A DNA stretch of 12,680 nt, from assembly GCA_038245785.1 (NCBI GenBank), contig JBBRSB010000052.1, forward strand, positions 1 to 12,680. The letters are read 5' to 3'. A program made the translations under genes and the position numbers. The stretch comes from Gloeobacterales cyanobacterium. GTDB taxonomy: Bacteria; Cyanobacteriota; Cyanobacteriia; Gloeobacterales; PMM-0068. The notes beneath the pieces are model-generated. The model was given only the letters and a program-made list of their open reading frames with translations, was not told where the DNA came from and did not search any database. Positions 1 to 7,168 of the stretch are shown piece after piece; the stretch's first letter is position 1; every line of letters begins with the position of its first letter.

Positions 1-209
1 CAGAAGGGACTTATCTAATCAACAGGCTCATCACCTAGACAGACAAACAGCCTCACTTCTGCCTCCCACTTCCTCTATAGGAAGTAGACCTGGAACCAGT
101 ATTACCTAGTTACCCAGTTAACTCTCAAGATACAAGACAGACTTTTTCAGCCCAAGATCCCTAAACTGGATGGTTAGACAGAGAAAGTCAGTCTAATAAA
201 TAGTTAGGC
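1..209 (+). mobile_element. attI: attI-like integron recombination site heading array 1 (left end probably outside the window)
   Basis: GTTAGAC(173-179)-agagaaagtca-GTCTAAT(191-197)-aaata-GTTAGGC(203-209). ATCTAATCAAC at 13-23 resembles ACCTAATCAAC in the intI-adjacent site (11033-11043). The crossover GTTAGGCGTC is the exact reverse complement of GACGCCTAAC (804-813) at the end of cassette 1. Confidence 0.75.
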
Positions 210-214
210 GTCAC

Positions 215-799
215 ATGACCACCGTTCACGATCATTGGCGCGAAGAACTCGTACGCATCATTCAGACGACGCCATGGTTCATGCAGGCGCTCAACGCCGC
301 AGGGTCGCTGCATCTGCAATCGTGGTGTATTGGAGCAGGCGCCGTCCGAAACTTGGTTTGGGACTACTTGCACGGCTTCACCCAACCTTCAACGCTCGCA
401 GATATAGACCTCGCCTACTTCGACCCAGATGACCTACGGCCTGAAACCGAGCAACAACTACAAGCCGAACTCGAAGCACGCTTCCCCAATTTCCCTTGGG
501 AAGTAACGAATCAAGCAGCAGTACACCTCTGGTTTGAAAGTCACTTTGGCCATCCTGCCTCTCCACTGAGCTCGTTGGAACAGGCTATTGCTTCGTGGCC
601 GGAATACGCCACGTCGGTCGGAATCACCATGAACCCTGACTCCAAAATCCATGTGGTTGCTCCTTACGGGCTTGAAGATCTTTTCGAGGTTAGAGTCCAG
701 CGCAACCCAGTGCGCGTGAGCAAGGAAACGTATCGCCAACGCAACGAGCAAAAACAGTACGCAAGTCGTTGGCCAAGAGTGACAGTCGTGCCGTGCTGA
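215..799 (+). CDS. Nucleotidyltransferase family protein (DUF925 / NTP_transf_6-like), gene cassette 1
   Basis: Motifs GAGAVRNLVWD, DIDLAYFD, WEVTNQAAVH and APYGLEDL are typical of this family. The ATG lies just after the GTTAGGC core site and the stop lies just before an attC. Confidence 0.85.
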   Translation: MTTVHDHWREELVRIIQTTPWFMQALNAAGSLHLQSWCIGAGAVRNLVWDYLHGFTQPSTLADIDLAYFDPDDLRPETEQQLQAELEARFPNFPWEVTNQAAVHLWFESHFGHPASPLSSLEQAIASWPEYATSVGITMNPDSKIHVVAPYGLEDLFEVRVQRNPVRVSKETYRQRNEQKQYASRWPRVTVVPC

Positions 800-806
800 G
801 AGCGAC

Positions 807-917
807 GCCTAACCCTTCCATCGAGCGGACTCGCACCGGCAGGGCGCTTCAGGCCCTCATTTCATTCTGGGCCTTACGCGCCCTGCCGGCGCGAGCCGCT
901 CATGTCAAACGTTATGC
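807..917 (+). mobile_element. attC: attC site of cassette 1 (111 bp)
   Basis: R'' GCCTAAC at 807-813 and R' GTTATGC at 911-917. The interior is a long imperfect palindrome (gagcggactcgcaccggcagggcgc ... gcgccctgccggcgcgagccgctc). Confidence 0.93.
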
Positions 918-926
918 ACCTTAAAC

Positions 927-1244
927 ATGAGTCTCGTCACTGAAATTGAATTTATCGACGATCCAGATGGTAAGTCATGCTTGGAAGGTCTCAACATACA
1001 ACTGCACGATTATTTGACAGATGACGCAGATTGGAATGCGGAGTACTGGGATTTTGAGTCTGAACACTTAAGAAGGTATTCGAAGATGATTGAGAACCTA
1101 TTCTCACAATCAGCCAATGGCCTCGAATTCCAAGCATTGTGGGTGGGCGAAAAACCAAGAACTATAATCGAACTGCCAATAGATAAGTTTCTAGAAGTTA
1201 TTGAGAGCAATAAGATTGCAACTGGAGGAAGATATGTTGTGTGA
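927..1244 (+). CDS. Hypothetical acidic protein, gene cassette 2
   Basis: The 105-aa ORF fills the space between GTTATGCAC (911-919) and its complement GTGCATAAC (1249-1257). No family recognised. Confidence 0.75.
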   Translation: MSLVTEIEFIDDPDGKSCLEGLNIQLHDYLTDDADWNAEYWDFESEHLRRYSKMIENLFSQSANGLEFQALWVGEKPRTIIELPIDKFLEVIESNKIATGGRYVV

Positions 1245-1250
1245 AAGAGT

Positions 1251-1307
1251 GCATAACAAATCGCCCCAGCCGGACGGCTTTGCCGCCGCTGGGCTCAATC
1301 GTTCTGC
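1251..1307 (+). mobile_element. attC: attC site of cassette 2 (57 bp)
   Basis: R'' GCATAAC at 1251-1257, stem gccccagccggacggc-ttt-gccgccgctgggc, R' GTTCTGC at 1301-1307. Confidence 0.9.
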
Positions 1308-1363
1308 CGCTTACGTTTTAGGTTGTGGCAGCGGTTTGAAGATCACTGGTGAGCAATAAAATA

Positions 1364-1393
1364 ACCTACCAAGATCGTAAGAAACTGGTAGGT
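1364..1393. terminator. Inverted repeat downstream of the inverted regulator gene; possible terminator
   Basis: ACCTACCA (1364-1371) ... TGGTAGGT (1386-1393), followed by a T-rich tract on the minus strand. Confidence 0.35.
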
Positions 1394-1424
1394 ATCACTA
1401 GTCTCATTCAGTTGTGAGTCTGGG

Positions 1425-2090
1425 TTAAACCGTCTCTGTCAGTTGATTGTTTAGGGCTTCAGCATCAATTTCGTAGCGTTGAAACAGTTCACTCAAAGCA
1501 GTTTTGTCTGTTTCGGCTAGTCGGACTAATCCCCACAGCAGATGTTCTGTTCCAATCGATTTCTTACCCTGAAGCCGAACAATTTGTAAAGCAAGCTCCA
1601 TTACGAATTTGCTTTTGGGGCTGAGTTTTTCACCCCCACGAGATTCAAAGGAATGCTCATTGATTTCGATATCTAGTGTCACACCATTGGCTCGAAGTAA
1701 TTGTGCTGAGGTTGTTGTTGGATCGGCTAACAAGCCTGCAAGCAGATGTTCTGGCTCGATTTGCAGGTGCTGCGATCGTAACGCCTCGTTTTGTGCAAAC
1801 TTGACCGCATTGATCGCCTTTTCAGTGAATCGCTCAAACCCAAACTCAAAGCCAAGAAAACTAGTAAATCGCTCAAGTAATGTTTGCATAGTGCTCTTTG
1901 CCTCGTAAATGAAGATGTTTTCAATTGCGACATGAAGCAGGTTGGCAAGTTTGAAAGCCATCTCTAGGCTGGGGTCAAACTTACCAGATTCAAATCCATT
2001 CACTGCTTGACGACTCACTCCTAATTCTCTAGCAAGGTCAGATTGTGAACATTGGTGAAGTTGTCGAAGTTCTTTCAGTCGGTTTTTCAT
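1425..2090 (-). CDS. XRE-family HTH regulator fused to a Clp N-terminal (Clp repeat) domain; inverted gene in cassette 3
   Basis: The N-terminus MKNRLKELRQ...SQSDLARELGVSRQAVNGFESGKFDPSLEMAFKLA is an HTH_3/XRE domain. The C-terminus FERFTEKAINAVKFAQNEA...IEPEHLLAGLL...IGTEHLLWGLV is two Clp-N repeats. Confidence 0.9.
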   Translation of the reverse strand: MKNRLKELRQLHQCSQSDLARELGVSRQAVNGFESGKFDPSLEMAFKLANLLHVAIENIFIYEAKSTMQTLLERFTSFLGFEFGFERFTEKAINAVKFAQNEALRSQHLQIEPEHLLAGLLADPTTTSAQLLRANGVTLDIEINEHSFESRGGEKLSPKSKFVMELALQIVRLQGKKSIGTEHLLWGLVRLAETDKTALSELFQRYEIDAEALNNQLTETV

Positions 2091-2106
2091 GTCTTTGCCT
2101 GCTTCA

Positions 2107-2160
2107 TGTCAAGTAACACTTTACATTCTTGTCAAGTGAATTGTCAAGTGTGGCTTGACA
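2107..2160 (-). promoter_or_regulatory. Putative promoter with tandem palindromic operators of the XRE-ClpN gene
   Basis: Perfect palindrome TGTCAAG-N5-CTTGACA at 2142-2160, near-copy TGTCAAG-N5-CTTTACA at 2107-2125, and an extra half-site at 2130-2136. On the minus strand, TTGACA (2147-2142) is followed 18 nt later by TAAAGT (2123-2118). Confidence 0.65.
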
Positions 2161-2212
2161 AAACATGTCTGTGATATCATTTGAAGAAGTTAAAAATCTT
2201 GCTTCCAGCGCG

Positions 2213-2299
2213 GCAGAACAACCCGGTTGGAGCGGACTTGCCAAGTTTATCGGTGTTGTGGCGAAGGTTATCGGTCGCCGCTCAACCGGAACGTTATGC
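2213..2299 (+). mobile_element. attC: attC site of cassette 3 (87 bp)
   Basis: R'' GCAGAAC at 2213-2219; GCGGCAGAAC is the exact complement of the cassette start GTTCTGCCGC (1301-1310). Arms ccggttggagcgg ... ccgctcaaccgg. R' GTTATGC at 2293-2299. Confidence 0.9.
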
Positions 2300-2414
2300 G
2301 GATTCCAAGTCGGCCAAACCAACGAAATAGAGGGATTCTTGCTATCTAGGAATCCATGTAAACGCCCTCATGGGGTGTTATGCGGACAGCAATCCGCATA
2401 AACAATAGTTAGGC
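2293..2414 (+). mobile_element. attI: ORF-less attI-like element embedded within array 1
   Basis: The left part gttatgcgga..tcggccaaaccaacgaaatag resembles attaggcgga..tctacctaatcaaccaaatag (11014-11050). The right part GTTATGC(2377)-ggacagcaatcc-GCATAAA-caata-GTTAGGC(2408-2414) has the same layout as 173-209 and 11055-11091. Confidence 0.7.
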
Positions 2415-2424
2415 GATTTCATCC

Positions 2425-3021
2425 ATGCGCGCAGTAATCTTCGACATCGACGGCACTCTCATTCACTCCAATAAAATCGATGACGATACGTACGCCTCTG
2501 TCGTTCACGATGTACTGGGACCTGTGCAACTCAGAAAGTCTTGGAGCCACTACAAAAACGTTTCTGGTTCCGGAACCCTCCTTGAAATTCTTGGTGACAA
2601 CAACATCCAAAATACTGCGGCTGTGCTGCGTGCCGTTGAGGAGGAATTTGTAGCTAGAATCTCCAGTCACATTGAAAACCACGGACCGATCATAGAGGTG
2701 CCAGGAGCAAAGGATTTTGTAAGTAGACTGGCGAGTTCAGCAGACTGCCAAATCGCCTATGCTACTGCCGGATGGTTTGCATCTGCTCGGATAAAATTGA
2801 AATCATCGCAGTTTCCAGTCGATGGGATACCCCTAGCGTCGTGCAACGATCACATCGACAAAGTCGCAATCATGACCCACGCGCTCAAACAACTCACTGC
2901 ACCGTTTGAATCAATTACATACTACGGAGACGGCGCGTGGGACAAGTCTACAGCCAGCGCGCTGGGTTGGAACTTCATCCCTGTGGGTGAGAAGCTAAAT
3001 GGTCTCCGGCACTTTCGTTAG
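2425..3021 (+). CDS. HAD-superfamily hydrolase, gene cassette
   Basis: Motif I FDIDGTL, motif II AT, motif IV YGDGAWD. It begins just after GTTAGGC (2408). Confidence 0.9.
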   Translation: MRAVIFDIDGTLIHSNKIDDDTYASVVHDVLGPVQLRKSWSHYKNVSGSGTLLEILGDNNIQNTAAVLRAVEEEFVARISSHIENHGPIIEVPGAKDFVSRLASSADCQIAYATAGWFASARIKLKSSQFPVDGIPLASCNDHIDKVAIMTHALKQLTAPFESITYYGDGAWDKSTASALGWNFIPVGEKLNGLRHFR

Positions 3022-3023
3022 TC

Positions 3024-3050
3024 ACCTAACATAGCCCCTGAGCCGGACGG
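3024..3050 (+). mobile_element. attC: Truncated attC (left arm only) after the HAD gene
   Basis: ACCTAAC-atagcccctgagccggacgg resembles the left arms of the other attCs and 12538-12565. There is no complementary arm and no GTT before the next ATG (3084). Confidence 0.65.
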
Positions 3051-3083
3051 ACGTAAAATGGAAAGAACCCAAACCTATTTCAT

Positions 3084-3500
3084 ATGAGTGAAACTGTCTA
3101 CATTGAAACCAGCATCTTGGGCTACCTTACTGCTCGACCAAGCAGGGATCTTGTTGTAGCTGCAAATATTGAGGTAAAGATGGAGTGGTGGGACACACGC
3201 CGCAGTAGCTTTTACCTCTACACTTCCCAAGCAGTCGTGAGAGAAGTCTCCCAAGGAGACACTGAACTCTCATCTCGACGCCTAGAAATCCTTCGCGATT
3301 TTTTGTTAGTAGACTTGAACCAATCGGTACTTAATTTAGCAGAGCAATTTTTGGAACGCAGTAACCTTCCCGCAAAAGCTGATGTTGATGCTGTTCACAT
3401 TGCCAATGCTCAGATTCAAAGGAAACTGTCAGCGATCAGCCTTGACTTTGGATACGAGTTGCCGATTCTTTTTACACCATATGAACTTCTTGGAGGTTAA
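3084..3500 (+). CDS. PIN-domain (VapC-like) toxin, apparently with an internal in-frame deletion
   Basis: VYIETSILGYLTARPSRD, YTSQAVVRE, DAVHIA and ILFTPYELLG match a PIN family common in cyanobacteria. The usual LLTWNCKH segment after DAVHIA is absent. Confidence 0.8.
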   Translation: MSETVYIETSILGYLTARPSRDLVVAANIEVKMEWWDTRRSSFYLYTSQAVVREVSQGDTELSSRRLEILRDFLLVDLNQSVLNLAEQFLERSNLPAKADVDAVHIANAQIQRKLSAISLDFGYELPILFTPYELLGG

Positions 3501-3502
3501 TT

Positions 3503-3730
3503 ATGTTTCAGGATGAGATTGTAGAAGAAATTCATAGAATTCGCGAAGAGTACTCTCGATCATTCAATCATGACTTGAAAGCAATCTTTGCTGATTTGCA
3601 AAAGCAGCAAGCTGAAAGTGGGAGAGAAGTTGTGAGTTTGTCGCGAGAACCTGGTCTAACAACACGGTGGAGCGGACGGGCGCGAGATCTTGGCGAGGAT
3701 GCAAAAGATGTTAGCCACCGCTCAACGTAG
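3503..3730 (+). CDS. Small partner protein of the PIN toxin (putative antitoxin); its C-terminus reads through the attC
   Basis: MFQDEIVEEIHRIREEYSRSFNHDLKAIFADLQKQQAESGREVVSL is typical of the small genes that follow this PIN family. It starts 2 nt after the PIN stop. Confidence 0.75.
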   Translation: MFQDEIVEEIHRIREEYSRSFNHDLKAIFADLQKQQAESGREVVSLSREPGLTTRWSGRARDLGEDAKDVSHRST

Positions 3731-3739
3731 CCGTTATGC
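3654..3739 (+). mobile_element. attC: attC site ending the TA cassette (86 bp); last clear attC of array 1
   Basis: R'' GTCTAAC at 3654-3660, arms acggtggagcgg ... ccgctcaacgt, R' GTTATGC at 3733-3739. Confidence 0.85.
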
Positions 3740-3996
3740 TGCGACCGTGCTTGGTCACACGCGTTGATTACAGTTACAAATTCTCTTATGGGCAATATCG
3801 ATACGTTACTAGAAAAGTTGGGCATGAAGCGTAGAATTCTGCTAAGACTACCCCACTTCCTCGCAGCCCCTCTGATGCTGACAATGCCACGACGATTGGC
3901 CATGTTATTTGCTGGATTTGCCAATTTGGCTCTGCTTGATTCTCCGCCTCCACAGATAACTAAAAGCTGCAAACAATTCACTAAATTCACCAAAAA

Positions 3997-4359
3997 TCAG
4001 GTCGTGTACCAATAGGCCCAAGCGATAAGCACTGCTTGAAAAGGCAAGCGAACCCATAAAGCTGTCGGGCTAATATTTGGAAATAAATCCGGATTGAGTG
4101 CCATGTGGAGATTAGCTGGAAATACTGCTATCAGTAATGCAATCAAGCCCCATCCCGCAATGCGGGTGAACTTTGGGACGATAACCATGATTCCCAAAAT
4201 AATCTCAAATACTCCACTCAGATAAACAAGAAATAGATGCCAAGGCAGATAGGGTGGCATCATCTTCAGATAAAAATCAACATTTAAAAAGTGGTTTGCC
4301 CCTGCTAAAACAAAGAAAATTGCTAGTAGGTACTGAAGGGCGAGCTTTAACTTGTCCAT
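3997..4359 (-). CDS. DoxX-family membrane protein
   Basis: FFVLAGANHF, MMPPYLPWH, SGVFEIILG, AVFPANLHMA and WVRLPFQ are DoxX-like motifs. About four hydrophobic segments. Confidence 0.85.
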   Translation of the reverse strand: MDKLKLALQYLLAIFFVLAGANHFLNVDFYLKMMPPYLPWHLFLVYLSGVFEIILGIMVIVPKFTRIAGWGLIALLIAVFPANLHMALNPDLFPNISPTALWVRLPFQAVLIAWAYWYTT

Positions 4360-4411
4360 TATTTCTTTTTAGACCACGATAAACACCTTTATACTCGAAC
4401 ACGACCGTAAA

Positions 4412-4446
4412 GCCAATACTGATTAGACGGCTGATTCGCAGGTATT
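4412..4446 (-). mobile_element. Degenerate attI-like box set upstream of the DoxX gene
   Basis: The minus strand reads CCGTCTAATCAGTA-TTGGC versus CAGTCTAAACAGTAGTTAGC (11071-11090). The G of GTT is missing. Confidence 0.4.
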
Positions 4447-4462
4447 GCTCACTTCAGTGATT

Positions 4463-5056
4463 TTAGTCTCTACCGCGCATTTTTCGCTTTAACTGTTGCA
4501 AGAAGGGGAATCTTAGAGGAGAGGTGCGTTTTAGCACACTGAAAGTATCTGACTTTAAATCTGTAAGCAACTCAGTATATTGACCTAATTCTTTCTCAGG
4601 TATATGCTTGTCTTCATCTTTTGTGCGAACGATCAATTCCTTATAGAACTGCTGAGATAATTCAATTTGAGAATGGATGCTATTGAGCTGTTTGATAAAT
4701 GAATTTTGTCCACTTTCTGATTCCCATGCCATGACTCTATCTAGAACGGTATCAAAGTCTTTGGGTAATAAGGGTGGGGTAGGTGGAGTCATTCTCTTCC
4801 AAGCGGTATCGATATCAAGCCCCCCTGCAGCGGTCTCTCTAGCTCCTGTTTTGAGTAAAACAGGAGCTACCTCAACAGGATTAATTTCAAGGTTGATGTA
4901 GATATTCTCTAAGACCAACCAAAGATGGGTGAACAGTTTCCGTTTCTCTTTCTCTTTAGCCCTGTATTCTTTTAACTCTGTCGTTAAGATACTTAGTAGC
5001 CAACCAACAAAAACAAGAACAATGTCCTCAACTGCTCTTATCGCTTCAGCATTCAT
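4463..5056 (-). CDS. Hypothetical protein with an N-terminal transmembrane helix
   Basis: 197-aa AT-rich ORF. IVLVFVGWLLSILTT is followed by a basic helix. No family recognised. Confidence 0.7.
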   Translation of the reverse strand: MNAEAIRAVEDIVLVFVGWLLSILTTELKEYRAKEKEKRKLFTHLWLVLENIYINLEINPVEVAPVLLKTGARETAAGGLDIDTAWKRMTPPTPPLLPKDFDTVLDRVMAWESESGQNSFIKQLNSIHSQIELSQQFYKELIVRTKDEDKHIPEKELGQYTELLTDLKSDTFSVLKRTSPLRFPFLQQLKRKMRGRD

Positions 5057-5134
5057 AGTGAATCACATCCTGAATCATGAGTTGCCACTGAAGTACTCCG
5101 ATGCGATAGAGCTGGATTAATCTCTATAGAGGGG

Positions 5135-5222
5135 AGCCACAACTACCGAGTATTTGCACGCACATATTACGTGGTATGTCACGCAAGAATTGAAATTGTA
5201 GCACCGACTAGGTAATGTGGCT
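5135..5222 (-). repeat. Imperfect inverted repeat resembling a degenerate att site upstream of the 197-aa gene
   Basis: AGCCACAACTACC (5135-5147) pairs with GGTAATGTGGCT (5211-5222). The minus strand reads ...tactcggtaGTTGTGGC, similar to ...taaacagtaGTTAGCC. Confidence 0.35.
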
Positions 5223-5331
5223 CAGTTCTTCTAGTTAGAACTATTGGCCACGATTTCTATAGAAATTGCTGAATTGTGTTTGGTATAAGGCAAATATCAA
5301 GCGCTTATGCCTAAAAGCTGAAGAGGAGAGG

Positions 5332-7146
5332 CTACATAGCCTCTGGTGCATGAATGCCTAGCAATCCCAATGCTGTGGCTAAAACCTGCTTCGCAGCTAC
5401 CATTAAAACCCCACGGGCATAGGCCAAGGGATCCTCAGCATTTTCACGGAGGAGGGGTAGAATCCGGCAGCGGTCATAGAACTTCATGAAGTCATTAGCC
5501 AGCTCTTCGCTGTAGCGCACCAGGATTTGAGGAGCCCGTTCTTCTGCCGCCCGACGAAACTGATCTGGGGCGTTGATCAGGTGCAGAATCAACGCTCTTT
5601 CCTCGGGGGTATTCAGGAGGAAACCAGAGGTTCCCATCAAAGTTTCCGGATTAAACTCAGTCCTGAGGTTGGCCAAGAATTTCTGCAGCTCAGGGTAGTG
5701 ACCGAGGTTTCTAAAAACGCTACAAGCTCGAGTATGGGCGTACTGGACGTAATAGACAGGGTTGTCCGTATCCCGTTTCACTGCCAAATCCAAGTCTAAA
5801 TTAACAGAGGAATCTGCCGACTGACCGAGAATGAACCATCGGGCTGCATCCGCTCCCACCGCATCTTCTGGACTATCAATGCCATAGATCAGGTCATCGA
5901 GGGTAATAAAGTTACCCGTGCGCTTAGACATGCGCACTTCTTCTTTTTTCCCTGTTTCCGGATTGAGCTTCAAAAGCTTGACCAGTTGACCAATGATAAT
6001 TTCCAGGTCTTCTGCCGGATGTCCCAGCGCTTGCACAGCTGCCTTTACCCTGGGCACATAGCCGTGGTGGTCCGCTCCCCAGATATTGATTAAAAGGTCA
6101 TAACCCCGTTCAAACTTCTCTCGATGGTAGGCAATGTCTGCCGCTAAATAGGTCAGAAGCCCATTAGAACGCTGGATAACCCGGTCTTTGTCATCACCAA
6201 ACTGAGCCGCTTTGAAAAATAAAGCGCCAGAGCCGCCTTCTTCGTCCGTTTCCCGCTCAACTTGGTCCGCTTGGGAGGTATCCGCCCGATAGAGCATTCC
6301 CCGCTTTTCTAAGTCATCGATCGCTTTCTGGACAATCCCTTCTGCGTGGAGGGTGCGCTCGGAGTACCAATGGTCAAATTCTGTACGAAAGGCAGCGAGG
6401 GTTTCTTTTTGCTGTAGAAGTAGGTGTTCGTAGGCGTAGTCCGTGAACCAGTCCACGGGAGCAGAAGCTTTTAGATCTTTCCATTCTGTAATTAGGGTCT
6501 GGGCCAAATCCTTGATGTAGTCCCCTTGATAACCTTTTTCCGGCATCGTCGCTTCATAGCCCAATGCCTGAAGATAACGGACGCCCAAAGATTGCCCAAG
6601 GAGGCTCATCTGGTTACCCGCATCATTAATGTAGAACTCGGTAGTAACTTCATGGCCCGCAAAGCGCAGGATGTTGGCCAAGGTAGAACCAATAGCTGCC
6701 CAACGCCCATGCCCTACATGGAGAGGACCTGTAGGATTGGCGGAAACGAATTCTAAAAGAATCTTTCTTGGTTTGGCTGGAATGGTTCTGCCATAGTCGG
6801 GACCTTGCTTCAAAATTAGCGCTAGCTGCTGGGTAAGCAGACGGTCTTGGACTTTGAAGTTGATAAATCCAGGTCTTGCCACTTCTGCCGTAAAACCCGA
6901 TTGGTCCAGATTTTCCACCAAAGTTTCCGCAATCTTGAAAGGATTCAATCCAGCTGGTTTCGCCAGTGAAAGAGCGATCGGACTGGCATAATCTCCGAAC
7001 GTTGGATTCTTGGGAGGCTGGAAGACGACTTCGGCCTCAGCAGGAATTTGGGCTAACTGGCCTAGTTGCCCCGCTTCAAAAGCTTTTTGGAGGGCAACAT
7101 AGAGCGTCTGCCGGAGCTGGTCCTGGAATGTCTGGCCTATTAGCAT
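5332..7146 (-). CDS. argS: Arginine--tRNA ligase
   Basis: FGDYAS, EFVSANPTGPLHVGHGR (HIGH motif), EFYINDAGNQM, YLAADIAYH, WGADHHGY, MSKRTG, NPVYYVQYAHTR, and C-terminal LLGIHAPEAM. Confidence 0.98.
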   Translation of the reverse strand: MLIGQTFQDQLRQTLYVALQKAFEAGQLGQLAQIPAEAEVVFQPPKNPTFGDYASPIALSLAKPAGLNPFKIAETLVENLDQSGFTAEVARPGFINFKVQDRLLTQQLALILKQGPDYGRTIPAKPRKILLEFVSANPTGPLHVGHGRWAAIGSTLANILRFAGHEVTTEFYINDAGNQMSLLGQSLGVRYLQALGYEATMPEKGYQGDYIKDLAQTLITEWKDLKASAPVDWFTDYAYEHLLLQQKETLAAFRTEFDHWYSERTLHAEGIVQKAIDDLEKRGMLYRADTSQADQVERETDEEGGSGALFFKAAQFGDDKDRVIQRSNGLLTYLAADIAYHREKFERGYDLLINIWGADHHGYVPRVKAAVQALGHPAEDLEIIIGQLVKLLKLNPETGKKEEVRMSKRTGNFITLDDLIYGIDSPEDAVGADAARWFILGQSADSSVNLDLDLAVKRDTDNPVYYVQYAHTRACSVFRNLGHYPELQKFLANLRTEFNPETLMGTSGFLLNTPEERALILHLINAPDQFRRAAEERAPQILVRYSEELANDFMKFYDRCRILPLLRENAEDPLAYARGVLMVAAKQVLATALGLLGIHAPEAM

Positions 7147-7168
7147 GATGAACTCAACCTAAACCTAA

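Noticed and set aside
188..1210. Alternative ORFs 188-385(-), 235-432(+), 378-566(-), 458-751(-), 1010-1210(-)
   Set aside because: They are shadows of the cassette genes, have no recognisable motifs and do not fit the cassette boundaries.
2104..2401. ORFs 2104-2322(-) and 2165-2401(+)
   Set aside because: They span an operator, an attC and the attI-like element. They are best explained as chance open frames in palindromic DNA.
3568..4015. ORFs 3568-3993(-) and 3764-4015(+) after the last attC of array 1
   Set aside because: No family signal and no closing GCATAAC/attC was found. This could be a cassette remnant but it cannot be supported.
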